Shown here: one piece after another, positions 38,450 to 51,542 of the stretch
Layout: each line of letters starts with the position of its first letter
Position numbering within the stretch: the stretch's first letter is position 1
NCBI GenBank assembly: GCA_028023455.1
Contig: JAQFVV010000005.1
Span: 14,384,001 to 14,448,000 of the forward strand
Length of the DNA stretch: 64,000 nt
From: Epiperipatus broadwayi
Lineage: Eukaryota; Animalia; Onychophora
Direction of reading: 5' to 3'
Notes under the pieces: model-generated
Told to the model about the DNA's origin: nothing
Seen by the model: the letters and a program-made list of their open reading frames with translations, nothing else
The model's database searches: none
Made by a program: the position numbers and the translations under genes

Positions 38450-39350
38450 TTCACTGTTAAAATGTTAAAGATATGGATGATGTAACAGAACATTTAAAGA
38501 AAACTAAAGGTAGAAGTATTTTGCATTGTAAAGCTTACAAAAGAAATACAAGATTATAATTTATATGATCAATTAGCAACTTAAGTTTAAGGCACACAGT
38601 TATCTGTGAAAGATTACCCCAGATTATTATGGTCAAATAATGGTGTTGTGATAGCAAAAGAAAGAGATGGAGTCAGAAAAAGGAGAGCAGAAGATCCATT
38701 TCAGTGAGAAATGATTAGTACTGACCACAACATCAATAAGACTTCCAAGTCATTTTGAATGAGTATAGCTGCACCATTAATTACATACCTGGAGAAAAAT
38801 AAAGTTTGATTTATATATGGATGGCCTACTTTATTTGCAACCCTGGATCTGTTGAAAGATAAATGATTTTCAGAAAGAAGACTAGAAATAATAAGAAGTG
38901 AATTGTTAAAGATGAAATAAACTTTCATATCGAAAATAATATGCAAATGCTAAAAGTGACAGAAATTTAAACCAATTCACTGAGAGTTGGAGAGAGAAAC
39001 TTCAACTTGCTAGAAAGTAAGAGTAATGAGTATAAAATAAGGAAAATGTGCAGAAGATTCTAAATACAGTCAGCCAAGAGCTGAATGAAATATAAAAATA
39101 GATTTTTTTAAAGAGGACTAAAACATTTGGCAGGAGCAAAAGAAGACTGTGGAGCCATATTTATTGAAATACTAAAATCTGGAGGATGGACCCTTTATTT
39201 ATATTATGGATAATGAGTTGTTAGAAAATACATTTTACTTCCTATGAAAGAAACATGATGAGGTACAGATTAAAAAACACTAGAAGATTATAGTGTGTTT
39301 CTAGCAAAACAAACAGCATAAAATTGCTGTCAATCTCTATCACCATCTTA
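38450..39350 (+). mobile_element. Very decayed LINE ORF2 fragment (APE / linker)
   Basis: Broken motifs TWRKIKFD (cf. TW...ID) and LKHLAGAKEDCGAIFIEILKSGG (cf. LK..KA.G.D.I..ELLK.GG). Confidence 0.35.
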
Positions 39351-40140
39351 GTAATAAATGTGGATGAAATTATTGAGTGCATTTGTAGAATGAGCAATCG
39401 TAAGCTATTGAGCCTTCTCTTAAATAATAGTTATTGAGGTTTCCTGGGTCTAACTCTGTATACATTAATCTACCCTTATATTAATTTTCTTTTAATTGGA
39501 GTTACATCTATGGTGGGGGACCTGGTGTATGATTTATTTCAGATTTTTCAAATTAAATTAGATTTACATGTAAGTATTATAATTTGAATTCTGAATTTTA
39601 GTGCATGGAAGTTTTTTGTGGGAATGTATGATGACACAGTTATGCATGTAGTTAATCAATTGTCTGAGATAATTCAGCAATAGCTGAAAGGACAGCTAAA
39701 ATATATAAAAATATGTATATCTAATGGACAACCTGAAGAAAATGTTATGAGATGATACTCAGCACAAGTTGTGCTAGATAAATAGGCATTTAAAAAAAAA
39801 ACACAATTTGTGGCAGTTTTTTTTAACTGCTAATAACCATGTGATGTAATTTAGTCAGAATAAAATTTCAATAATGAGAGGTGAACTGTATACCATTATT
39901 TTATTATCATTTTAGCAGCAAGATCTTGTAATGATGTGAATTTTAGCCAAGTATGGCTTAGTTATATCTTACAAGCTATATTATTTAGATAAATAGATAA
40001 AACTCCATTAAAGCTTCATGAAATGAAAAGATTCTCTTCATTAATGATATATACATAGTTCAAACTGAGAATGAAATTTAAATAAAATGAATTTTTAATA
40101 TTTTAAATGTAAATTTTATATACCTAGAGTCTAGATATAA

Positions 40141-40290
40141 TATAGGGGATTTGAACACAGACTTTCAAATTCTCTTTGGCAATTCTCTCTATCTTATACA
40201 ACTGATACACATGGCCACACATGTGAAAAAGATAAATGATCTCCAATCACTCATCAGTTAGTCCAGATCATCTCCCACATATATTTATAA
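40141..40290. repeat. Diverged partial copy of the 14-kb hammerhead element
   Basis: Similar to 14000-14170 (gaacacagactttca...ctgatacac...tcatcagtt-gtccagat...cacatatat). The - strand has CTGATGA-GTGAT-TGGAG-ATCAT at 40236-40257. Confidence 0.65.
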
Positions 40291-40854
40291 TCAGTGCTTG
40301 TTTTGTACTTTAAAAATATATTACAATGAAATATTTTGTGGCTCTTGTTTGATGCATGGTAAGTGAAAAAAGAAGAAAAAATGTGCTAAAGATAAGTAGT
40401 TCGTGAAACTGTGAGAATGATGAAGGGGATTAGTGATGCTTATGTTAGCTGAAGATTGCTTATAAGGGTCAAAGAGTTGAAATAAGTGACCATAAAATAA
40501 ATTTGTATTACTTCCCATTTATAAGTAAAATTAGTTATATATGTATGTTCATATGCCTTAAACATACTAATTTAATATAATTAATGCATGTAAGAAGGTA
40601 AATAATGTGTTTAAAAAGCGATAATAAATAATTTGAGCAAAAGTCATAATTTTATAAAAATGGAAATTTTATTATGTTGTAATTAAATAAGAATGTTGTA
40701 TTTATATAATGGGCTATTTCCATCATCTAGTAATAAGGATTTAATATCTTTAGAAAAATTTAACTTTACTTAAATATTTCATTTGCATTCAACTGTTAGT
40801 AATAACACACAAATTAGTATATGCACATTGTTAGTAATCGCTCACAGGTTAGGA

Positions 40855-42230
40855 TATGCACACTGTTTGTTTCGAGAGGTATTATTTCTCTCTTCTTCAG
40901 GTGTTGCTAGCCTGTCCAGTAACAGTACTAGTAGTGGAATTGAACCTGGACTCTTTAATTTCTTGAATATTGAATTTTAAGGCAATGCTCTATAACCAAC
41001 AGCCATCCTGCCAAAGGCAACAGTCGGTAGATATTTCATTTACTTATCTATGAGCTTCCTTTTGATTTCTCCACTTTTTCTTAAAAACAAAATTGATTAG
41101 TGGTTTCCATACATTATATATAATCACACTAGGTTGACTTATGGCATTATTCACCATTGTCATATGAGCAGCTTCTTTGAATTTTTTTTTTTTTTTTTGG
41201 TATCTTTTTCTCTATCTAATATTTTTGTATTTTTCTAATTAAACATACGTTCATTGGTACATATATGGTCTGTTGCCTTAGACACATCTGTTTTCTGTCT
41301 TCTAATCATCAGTTTATGCTTTTGCGATCTCTTTTCATTGGGTATTAACATATATATAAATAACACTTTCAATTAGTATCTGGTGTTTTCTTTATAAATA
41401 TATCAAGAGTTAGTTGAATTGTATTCTTTCTTTTCTTGATAAAAAGTTCTATAACGTTTTGTCTTTTCTATTGCCCTCTTATGAAATAGTGAATTGTATG
41501 AAAGTAGGGCTTTCACATTTACATTGTATTTTGTAGATGCAGATTTTGCTTTTCAACAATTTCTAGTTTAGGCTTTATAAATGTTAGAATTCCTCATAGT
41601 GTAATATAGCTCTGGAAAGCTGTTCTAATGTTATACTGATTGCAGATTTTCCTTAATTTATCTGCTATTTTTGGTATGTATGGATACACTACAGTACCAG
41701 TAATTGTTTTTTCTTTACATGGTTGTTTTTCTTGTCTATTTAAGGTTTTCTTAATAACAGTTGATGGATAACTATTTTTCATAAGAGTTTTTCTATATAG
41801 ATCTTTTTTTTTTAAAAAATCACTGGTTTCTGAGCAAAAGTCATTTGCTCTATTCCATAGTAATAGTATAACTCGTGTTTTGTGTTTCTGGTGTAATTGG
41901 ATATATATGCTAAGTATTTTCTTATATGTGTTGTTTTTCTGTAAACTGTAGTTTTGATTTTGCCATGAGGGAGTCTAGTAACAAGAACATCTAAGAATGC
42001 CAATTTTTGTTATTGTTCTGATTCTGTTGTGAATTTAATTGAAAGGGATATGTTCTTGATGTGTTTCCAGAAAGTTTGTAGTAGCACTTCACCATGTGTC
42101 CTTATAACAAATGTATCATCAACATAGCAAAGCCAAACTTTAGGTGACTATGGCTGTGGTTTCAAGTTCTTCCATGTAAACATTGCTAATCAGAGATGTC
42201 ACTGGTGAGCCCTAGCCATTCCTTGATTTT
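40855..42230 (-). mobile_element. 5'-truncated Penelope-like element (RT, GIY-YIG, 3' pLTR with hammerhead-like motif)
   Basis: GSPVTSLISNVYMEELE, AFLDVLVTRLPHGKIKTTVYRK.TH, VVYPYIPKIADKLRKIC, ICIYKIQC, KILDREKD..KEA. The 3' region at 40861-40907 reads GCAACAC CTGAAGA A GAGAG AAATAATAC CTCTC GAAAC. Confidence 0.85.
40931..41012 (-). other. tRNA-derived (SINE-head-like) sequence with Pol III A- and B-box-like motifs
   Basis: The reverse complement reads GGCAGGATGGCTGTTGGTTATAGAGC...GGTTCAATTCCACTAC, resembling a tRNA-Leu/Ser 5' arm and T-loop. It does not fold as an intact tRNA by eye. Confidence 0.45.
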
Positions 42231-42239
42231 GTTGGAAGA

Positions 42240-42740
42240 ATTCTGTTTCATTTTGTGTTACAAATAATGTTAATAAATTAGTGAATAATTCTAAAAATGT
42301 CATACCTGTCAAGCAGAAAAGTAATGTTGTTTATCAAATATTTTGTGGATATGTTATCATATATAGGTGAATCAAGGTGCAGTATTGAAAAAAAGTAAAG
42401 GAGTTTGAATTGCTATATAAGCATGTGAAAACTAAAAATAATAGTGATTTAATGACTGCTTCAGATTTCTTGGATCTTAAGAGGACATGTAAATATTAAT
42501 TTAAGTTTGATATTGAAAGTGTTAAAATTCTTCATGAAGAGAGAAACCATAATAAAAGAAAAATTAAGGAGGTAATTTTAATAAATAGAAATAAAATGAA
42601 TATAATTAATAGACAAGCTGCTAACATTAAAATTCTGAATTCATGGGATTTGAGTTGATAATATTTGCTTCCGTTATGTTTTTTTTAAAATTTAATGGCA
42701 GTTGAGGGGAGTTAAGGAGTTAACCAAAAGTACTTCTGCA
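42240..42740 (+). mobile_element. Second Penelope-like fragment (GIY-YIG endonuclease end), opposite orientation
   Basis: KNVIPVKQKSNVVYQIFC, SYIGESR and FDIESVKILHEERNHNKRKIKEVILI are typical of PLE GIY-YIG C-termini. Confidence 0.7.
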
Positions 42741-44225
42741 GATTGAAAGGCTATATATAATAGTTAATTATCATTATATTTATTATTTTTATTGTTATTA
42801 CAATAGTTTTTAATTAACGGACATTTTATTTGCATTTATACGTAGATGTATAAAAACAGTGGTTTTCAAACTTTAGATATTAAATAAGTTTAGTTCAACC
42901 TTCCTATCAACTATTTTACGTAAATGGTTACATGAAATTTTTCCAGCAATTCTTCTCAATGATACTTTATTTTAAAATAGTTCATTAAATTCAGTTTGTG
43001 TTAAGAAAAGAATCAGTTTGCGCAAGTAAGAGCTATTACTTTGAAAATTTCATTACTTAATAAACTTTGTATAAATATTCTATATTATTATTAATGTTGA
43101 TTCAATTTTTTTTTTTTTTTATTTAGGTCATTATTCAAGAAATCAGACCTATCATTTCTCAGAATATACTAGCTGGTAGCCATGCTGAAAATAATGTGAT
43201 TTTTTTGATTCTGCTGTTCAAACAAGTAGTAATACAAACTGATTACTTTGTCGGGATATTAATTTAACATTAAAGATGGCTTTATATTGATCCATTGACA
43301 TTATTCAAAATAAGTAATTCTACAAAACAATTAAATATTTGAATGGATTCTTTGAAGAAGTGATTCGTGTGATTTTAAATCAGCGATTTTCATAGCATAA
43401 TCATTGCTGTTGGTATTAAAAAGCTCAGTGTTTATATATTTTAAAAGCAATTTAACATATATAGCACTATATTAGACTAGATTTGAGATGAGTTATCCTA
43501 TTATGATTTAAGTTGATTTTTGTTATGAATTGCATGTTATTGGAAGACTAGGATTTTCTTAAAGAAATCTTGATGTTCCAGGTTTAAAATGATCTTAAGA
43601 GCTGAAAAAATATTAATGTAAAATGTAGTCTGAAAAAAAGTCAACTTTTTAAATAATGTTTCGAGGAATCATTTTGCATTAACAGTTCATAATAGAGCCA
43701 TTAAATGTGAACTCACATTTGGAAAGAACATGTTATGGCTAAACACCATTAATAAAAGTAATAAAAGAATTAATTCAATGTTTAAAGTCAGTCAGTGAAA
43801 TCAATTAGAAACTATGATTTGACATATCTTCAGATTACACCTAAGATAATTGAATCTTCAAAAATATTAAGCCATTCTCTTTGGTAGTATTAACATGATA
43901 TTGTAATTACAGATGAGTTATCAATAATGAAAGAAGACTACTGATACTACAAATCACAAAAGAATATTTTAACTTTATTTTAATATTGGTTGTAAATAAT
44001 GTTAGATTTTCTTTTTGAATATCTGCAACATTTGATTAGATTTGTGCAGAATTAGAGAATCTCAAAAGCAGTCAATAATTATAAATAGAATGAATTTATA
44101 TTAAAAATTCAGATGTATGATAAGAACTCATATTAGTAAGACTCATTATTTCAAAAAAGTAAAAATCTGCCACTAGTACTTGAAGATGTTTGACTCTGAA
44201 ATGGAAATATATTTGTGAAAATGTG

Positions 44226-45194
44226 ATGAGAAACAACTTTTTACAAAGAAATATGTCTGAAAAAATTGCACTGAAAATTATTAAGGAAAATCATAGAGGA
44301 GAAAACAATCTCCGTAGTAGTATCTCCCAATTGAAAACTTCTAATAGGTATCTTTTAAAAGGAAATATTTCTTTCCAATGCAATTTTTGTGTATTCACAA
44401 CCCCTTATAACTTTAGGATAAAAAAACATCTTTTAATTCATACAGGGAAAAAATCTCTGCAGAGTAGCGTGAGTGATTATACAGTTGCTTTAAAAAGCAA
44501 ATTAAAACAAGATGAAAAAATTGAAAATTTACTATCTAAATCTGTTGTAAAAAATTGTAAAAAAAAATGTGGAAAAATAAAAAATTTGAGAAGTAAATTA
44601 AAAGAAAGTAAAAAAACAGACATAGGAGAAAAACTTATTCAGTGTAACTTGTGTGACTATAACAGTGAATATTCTTTACAAAAGTATGATGAGCAGCATA
44701 CACAGGCCAACTCTTTTCATTGTGACTCATGTTGTTTTGTGACTGCAGAAGAAAATGAACTAATAAAGCATCAACAAATTCATTTAGTAGACAAATGGAA
44801 AAACAGAAAGAAGTATTTTAACTGTCACCTCTGTGGTTATACGACTACTTATGACTTTAATTTAACAATACATCAAAAAATTCATATGGGAGAAAAATCA
44901 TGCCATTTATGTTGCAAGGCTCCTCTTACATTTCCCAACCATATTTTACCTCATTTTAATAATGTTGATGGAGTTGAAATAACAAAAGAGTCTCTATTAA
45001 GCTGGCCCAAAAAACATGAAATTTTCATCAAACCAAAATTTTGTTTATGTCATCATGAGAAACATATTAATAATGGGTATTTGAATTGCCAAATGTGTGG
45101 TTGTAAAGTCTTTAATAAAAGTGATTTGGAAATTCACGTAAACAATCATTTTACAGGCATTGAAACTGTTAAGATTCGTGTAAAATTGACGTAA
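44226..45194 (+). CDS. C2H2 zinc-finger protein (4 clear plus 2 degenerate fingers); may be the last exon of a longer gene
   Basis: Uninterrupted ~1-kb ORF (open from 44190; first ATG at 44226). Fingers: CNFCVFTTPYNFRIKKHLLIHTGKK, CDSCCFVTAEENELIKHQQIH, CHLCGYTTTYDFNLTIHQKIHMGEK, CQMCGCKVFNKSDLEIHVNNH. AATAAA follows just after the stop. Confidence 0.8.
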   Translation: MRNNFLQRNMSEKIALKIIKENHRGENNLRSSISQLKTSNRYLLKGNISFQCNFCVFTTPYNFRIKKHLLIHTGKKSLQSSVSDYTVALKSKLKQDEKIENLLSKSVVKNCKKKCGKIKNLRSKLKESKKTDIGEKLIQCNLCDYNSEYSLQKYDEQHTQANSFHCDSCCFVTAEENELIKHQQIHLVDKWKNRKKYFNCHLCGYTTTYDFNLTIHQKIHMGEKSCHLCCKAPLTFPNHILPHFNNVDGVEITKESLLSWPKKHEIFIKPKFCLCHHEKHINNGYLNCQMCGCKVFNKSDLEIHVNNHFTGIETVKIRVKLT

Positions 45195-46949
45195 AATAAA
45201 GCTTATTGTAAACTAGCTGCGATTAGTACTTAATGTGGCTGTTTGAATATCTTCATTCAAATGGTGAAATTTAAATATTTAGTTATTTTCAAGTTGCAAT
45301 AAAGTTTAATTCTTTAAACAAAAACTTTAGTTCAGCAAAAATTTATAAAGAAATCAAGATCAGAAACTGAAGGTTTTAGTCCATAAATGTCTCTCTTTTC
45401 AACGATTCATAAAAGGATGAAAATATATTTGAAAAATAATGATTTCCAAGAAAGAAAAATACTAGTCTCTTATATAAGTGATATTTGTATTAAAATGTAT
45501 CTAAAAGACTAAATGTTAAAAAGGAAGCAGAATGGCATCTAAGTAAAGAATTCCTTAGTTGAGCAGCAGAAGACAGGAAGCAAGTAAAAAATTGAATTGC
45601 TAGCATGTGCTGAGATCATCGGTGTACAGATATGGTAAAACAGCAAATTGATTAAGACTTAATTGCAGATTTATCAAAGCAAGTTCAAAGAATAGTCATC
45701 ATTATGGCATGTGTAAAAGACAAAAATTAATAACAAAATAAGTGCAAGAATGAATGAAAGAAGTAGGATATGGATCATTGACTAGCCAAATTATTAGATT
45801 CTGAAAGAAAGAGTAGATGAGTAGAAATTATAGAGGTGAAATTGATCATTTTATCCCTAAATGGATAGCAAAATTTCTGCAAAAGATCTTTAATAATAAA
45901 CTAAATATGATCATACTAAAATGCATCACTAATGAAGATTAATACCAAGTGCTGATAAATTGAATGGTGCTAATGGATCACAATCAAAAATTAATGTCAA
46001 CTGATATGTTTCTATAAATGAGACAGTTATCTGTATTACATTGGTTATCTTTTTGAAGATTATAATTTTCCTCATTTGAACTCTTGAATCTTGTTAAGTC
46101 CATCAAATAATATTTATATGATTATTAATATTGTAATTGTATTTATCATCTTTATTAAAAGTTCTTTAATTGGAAAAAGTGAAGTCATGCTATCATCAGA
46201 AAAATTATATTAGATGTAAGATAGGACAGAATTCTGAGATATACCAGTGTTAATATATATAAGATATATTGAAGGCATGGGTAAAACACAGAGAAACTTT
46301 TGGAGCAACCATGCAGAATATACAATTACTAATGTTTCAGCAGCATAACATTTGCTTTCAATTGGGTGAAGATGTTATGTAGCTGTTGCAAAGATATAAA
46401 AGTATACAAATATTGAAAAAAAAAAAAAACCCTATTACTTAATCATTGCAAACATACATTATTTCCAAAATTATAAAACAAAATATTTTATGCAGAATAA
46501 AAGATGAAAGTAATATGAACATTTTTTCTGGAAGTATATATTAGAATAGATGAGTGTGTGTATAGGTGTATTTTTTTTTTTCAAAATCATAGACAATTAT
46601 TTTATTAATTCTTTAAAAATAATGTATATTTTTCTAATGAATTAATTCATCTTATAAAATGATCATAATAAGAATTATTTTGTGCTTCAAGCCTAGGTTG
46701 GGTCAAAATTGGAAATTCTCACTACATTATAGTTCGAAAACATTTTTTTGTATCATTTTTTTTTTTTATGGATATTTCCATAACTTTTATTTCATGGATA
46801 GACACTAGAAACAAATCAAATAATTACATTTTTTTTAAAATATATTTCTTTGTTTAAAAATCTTTTCCCCATTTTTCAATACTATTTTACTAATATTAGT
46901 CTGCAATAAATCTAAACTGCTTTACTAATATTGATCCATTACATGTTTA

Positions 46950-49010
46950 AATTACTGGATTGTGAATCATTCAAAAGACAAAAATCATGTTAAATAATAA
47001 GTCTTTGTTATCTTGATATTTATCCATATTATTATCTTTTCATTCTGATTTAATAAGCATCTTTTCATTTTTAGCTTATAAGTATGGCATCATTAACATA
47101 TTCTTGATTGTTGTTTTTTTTTCCATAAGCTTAAATTGCATTGTTTTTTGTTTATTTTCTTCCCTTGTTTTATATTTTGTGACAATATGCAACCCTAATT
47201 ATTGTCTAACATGAAATTTGTTTGTTTCTCTTTACCTTGTTATAAATGTATCTTCTAATTTAATATATATATTTCTCATAAGAACAATAATGTGGTGCGA
47301 TACACTTATTTCTCTAAGAACATTCCATAATTTAACATGATCAATTGAATCAAAGGGCTTGTGATTAATAATGTGCATCTCTAACCAGTACTGTTATTCA
47401 GTGTGTATCAGCAATGATGTGATCTTGTTCATTGGGCCTAGTTTATAACTGGTATTTCTCTTTCTTTATAAGTATTTAGTCAGTACTGAATTACATATGG
47501 TATGAGATACTGAGTGACAGTTGGTAAATTCTTTCGAGAAGTTTTTTGGTATAATAACATAAACCAGTTTTTCATAGAATTGTTGATGCAGTGTTAATTC
47601 AAATGGCATCACCTTTTTGAAATTATATTGAGATTAATCAGATCCTATTTTCACCTATTGAGGGTTCTTTTATATAATTACCTTCATATGTAAATAAGCA
47701 TTTATTTTATATAGCATGTGTTTACAATTGTATTACATTCAATTAGCTTGAAAGGCTGATATTTGAATGTAATAATTACCTTCATCAAAAATTTCCTAGT
47801 TGATCTTTGTCATTTATTTTGTATGCATAGCCCTTCTATTTATTATGATTATAATCTATCCTTCAGCATTTTTCAACAACCATAATAGAAATTATAATTT
47901 TATTTACACAAAATTTCATTAAAGAGGCTTGTTTTTATTTTCAATGTCTTGTGCAAATATTATTATAATATGACTCCTTGTCTTCTACCAGAAACTTTAC
48001 AAGTTAAAACTATTTTTTCTATTACATTACTGATATCTATTACATGTTTGACCAGTTAACAGATATTAAAAAGTGGTTCTTACTAAACCTTTATTCAATG
48101 TTATCATATTCATATTCTCAGGATAATTTCTATCTTACAAAGTTTTGTCAATGAGGAGCTTAAAACTGAATCTAGTGCTCCAGATTTCAGTTTTTGCTGA
48201 CAAAAGCCACAAACTGATCTATGAATAGGATGGCACTGGATATGACATTTAGTATCTAGTGATTGCTCAATTTTATAAAAGTCGCAGTAGAGTAAAAAAA
48301 AAAAAAGTCAAGTTATTATAGTGCATTATATAGGCCAAGAATTATGTAATGTTTTTAAGTTTTACAGGAGCTTTTATAGATTTTTCTATTCATTTCCAAC
48401 AAAACCTTTTAATTGCTTTCAATTATGTCTTCTTTTTTTTTAATTGCAACTGTGACTTGATTTTTCTGATTATTGCATGTAATAAAACTTCACAGTTTCA
48501 TCCTTGATTATTACTTTCATTTCATTTACAGTTCATTAATATCCAAAACTTCAAATTTTTAAAATTAATAATTATATTATTTAGCTTATCTCTAAAATAT
48601 TGAAGAAGTTTATGTTTCTTTTCAACAATTTTTTTTTTAAAATTTTCGTATTTGTATAATGTTTCACAATTCAGGATTACCATAGTCTTCTGCCATGAAT
48701 GTTATGAATGTAGTTTATCAAATTCCATCTGATGATGTCCATTTGTGAAGCTTGAAATATGAAAATGTATTGTTTATAAGAAAAGGTATTTGAATTCACC
48801 AAAATTTATTACTTATTTTTATTAAGAAATAAACTTTATTTCGGAAGTTTACATGAACTATATATTACTTGAAATCAAGGATCCGCGGGTGTACCACTTC
48901 GAACTCTTTTGCTTCCAAATCCATATTGTCCAGTGGCAATTTTTGGTATTCCAGTTCAATTATAGAAGTATATATGGTTTAAACTTATTCATAAGAAATG
49001 GAGTTCTTAT
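46950..49010 (-). mobile_element. Decayed RTE (BovB-like) LINE, APE plus RT
   Basis: Broken frames give TGQYGFG, NTFS...HKWTSSDG (APE), KPFDSIDHVKLWNVLREI..SHHIIVLMRNIY and NNQEYVND (RT), collinear with BovB-type ORF. Confidence 0.75.
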
Positions 49011-49728
49011 GTGGTTCAACAATAAAGTTTTCTGGATTTCATCTTTCTAAATGCAACTGTAGATTCATGACAGCCTATACTCATTGTGCTTATTTCCTTC
49101 ATAAAAATAATTAAGCAGCCATTAATTTATGCAAGTAAGGACAAACCAAATTATGAATCACAAATTTGATGACTGTTAAGTCAATGACATTAGTGGACAA
49201 ATTAGAGAACTTAAAGCCATTAGTGAATGTACCTTCTATGATTGAAATTTCTACACATTCATTTATGATATTTTGTTAATAATTTAGCTGTTAAAAAAAG
49301 CTATATGCTAAATTAATGTATATATTTTTTTTACATCCTTGAGCTACTGGGGGCATAGACTACATTATAGTAATGCTGGATAGGAAGTCACATAATCAAA
49401 GTGATGTCATTCAGTATTAATTCGTTGTAATATCCTTTTTAACAATGTCTAGCTTGACTAATGGATATACTCTGCTGCATGTAGTTGTTTATAATCATCT
49501 ATTAACTGATAGCTAATTTGTATCATTGCTGTTATTGTAGAATAATATATGTATATAAAAACTATATTCTCTGGAATTTAAAATAAACAATCTAGTTATG
49601 TTATTCAACCTGGTGGCTAAAGAATAATAGTAACTCAATAATCAGTAAATTTGCTTATTTTGAATATTTTTTCACTTATCACATGATCTTTATATTATGG
49701 CAAAATTATCAGAACAAAATTAATATAT

Positions 49729-51521
49729 TGTAACGGAAATACGACGATCGAAAGCTTAACTTCCCTTTTATTTATGTATAATACGGAATTCTTAAAATTC
49801 AAAATCATCCACCTCCGGCTACCGCAAGCAAAGAGAACATACGGACATAAACGAGTCTATATCCGTACTTGACTGAATCTGTAACTATATGGGTATAGCC
49901 CCAAGTTATCTTTCCTGGTCAATTGTCTCTCGACTGCTGTAAGATTTAAAGAGTTACAGCGCTTGGATCATTTTTAAATTTTAATGGGATCAAAATATTG
50001 CACCACCAGCCTCACGTGTTCACTCAGTTCTCAAATGAGTAATAATTATTCCCCCAAACCCTACGACTATATTACTGTTTGGAGTGGCGAAGAACGAGAC
50101 GAAATAGATTTAAATCAATAAGAAATATTTATAAATACAATAAATTAAACAACAAAAAATACTTGAAATCATTTACACACAATAAAACAAATTATCTGCT
50201 ATAATGCTACAATTACTATATATAAAAAGATCCTATAAATGATTGTACATTTATAGTCGTCACTTTGTGTATATAAAAAAATTTTAAATGTCTGTATCAC
50301 TCAAATTAAGAATTTGGCAATTGTCTAAATTAAAGATTTGTTCACATATAAATGTAAAGGTGTAGTATACGTATTTTACCTAGGTTTATTGAGTCTGAAG
50401 TAAGTTGAGGTTTTGCTGACTGACATGTGGACTTCCTCCACTTCTTTAGCAGGGAACGGTCGCTCTTAGGTTGGATTTGTGTTGTGGGAACTCCTCCGTA
50501 TTTGGACATCAAGGACATGGCAAAACGAACTCTCCGGCAGGCGCTACGTCGGCAGATGTTACATGTAGACGGGAACCATTAGAGCACGGTGAGTCTGAAT
50601 CGGCCAGCGATCGCGACGGCCCTTTGCCCTCCATTCTTGATGTGTCATATCTTGTTCATTTAATGATTCCTTCTAACATTGGAGTCCTTCAACTACGTAT
50701 CTGGGTTTTCTCTTGTTTGTTTTTTTCGTAAACATTAAAGATTCTTAGGTTTGCGTTTCTCCCGATTATATCTACTTATTTTCTAGAGCAGTGCTTCCAC
50801 CAACGTCTCGACAAGAAGTCTCACCTCTACTAATTTTTTTTAATTAAAAAATTCCATAGTCCTTTACTCTTTTGATCCTTTAGTTTTTAGCTTTTATTCA
50901 CACCTTTCTTTTTCTTAATGCGCCTTCAGCCATTTATATAGATTCACCTTTACACAATCTCATAGCACTATGTACATTTATTTCTTTTTTTATTTTAATT
51001 ATACATTTATTTCTTTTTTTATTTTAATTAAACAGATATTTTAATAAAATGTTTTTTATTTTGATAAGCATTAATTGTTGCTGTCTTTGTCATACTTCAT
51101 ACATACTCCATACATGCATTTCGTTTTATCGTCAAATGTGTACTTTTATGACCCAGATCCTTATCTTTCGGTCATGTTTTAAATTTCTATTTTACTCTGA
51201 TTTAAACCCTTCAAACTTTACCTTTTCTTCTAAATCATATTTTAGTTCGTATTTCATTTATATTTCTTTATCACTATTAATTTTACTAATATACAATTTC
51301 AATATTTCTAACTTTAATTATTTTTTTATTTCTCAAAATCTTGACTTTGGAGGGTAAAAGATAAGAATCTTTTCGATTCTATTTCCCTCTCTTTTATTAA
51401 TTAAAACATTTCTTTCTTCATAAGTTTTAAATTCTTTTGCTAGTATTCCAAAACACAATATTTAATATTATTTAAATGTTAAATATCTATATGTGTGGTC
51501 GCAGTTTGTGCGATCATCACA
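49729..51521 (-). repeat. 3' LTR
   Basis: tgtaacggaaatacgacgatcg...gcgatcatcaca, a direct repeat of 57894-59643. By-eye divergence is roughly 5-8% plus indels. Confidence 0.95.
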
Positions 51522-51526
51522 TTACA

Positions 51527-51542
51527 CCATTCCCCTCCTTTT
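51527..51542 (-). promoter_or_regulatory. Polypurine tract
   Basis: The - strand reads AAAAGGAGGGGAATGG immediately before the 3' LTR. Confidence 0.85.

Noticed and set aside
39590-40000. hAT-like DDE hints (YDDT..VVNQL)
   Set aside because: Motifs too short and broken to support.
42695-42735. Hammerhead remnant after the + strand PLE fragment
   Set aside because: Only a GTTAA/TTAAC stem is visible; both core boxes are altered.
45400-46420. Mutator-like hints (GKTQRN)
   Set aside because: Single weak motif among many stops.
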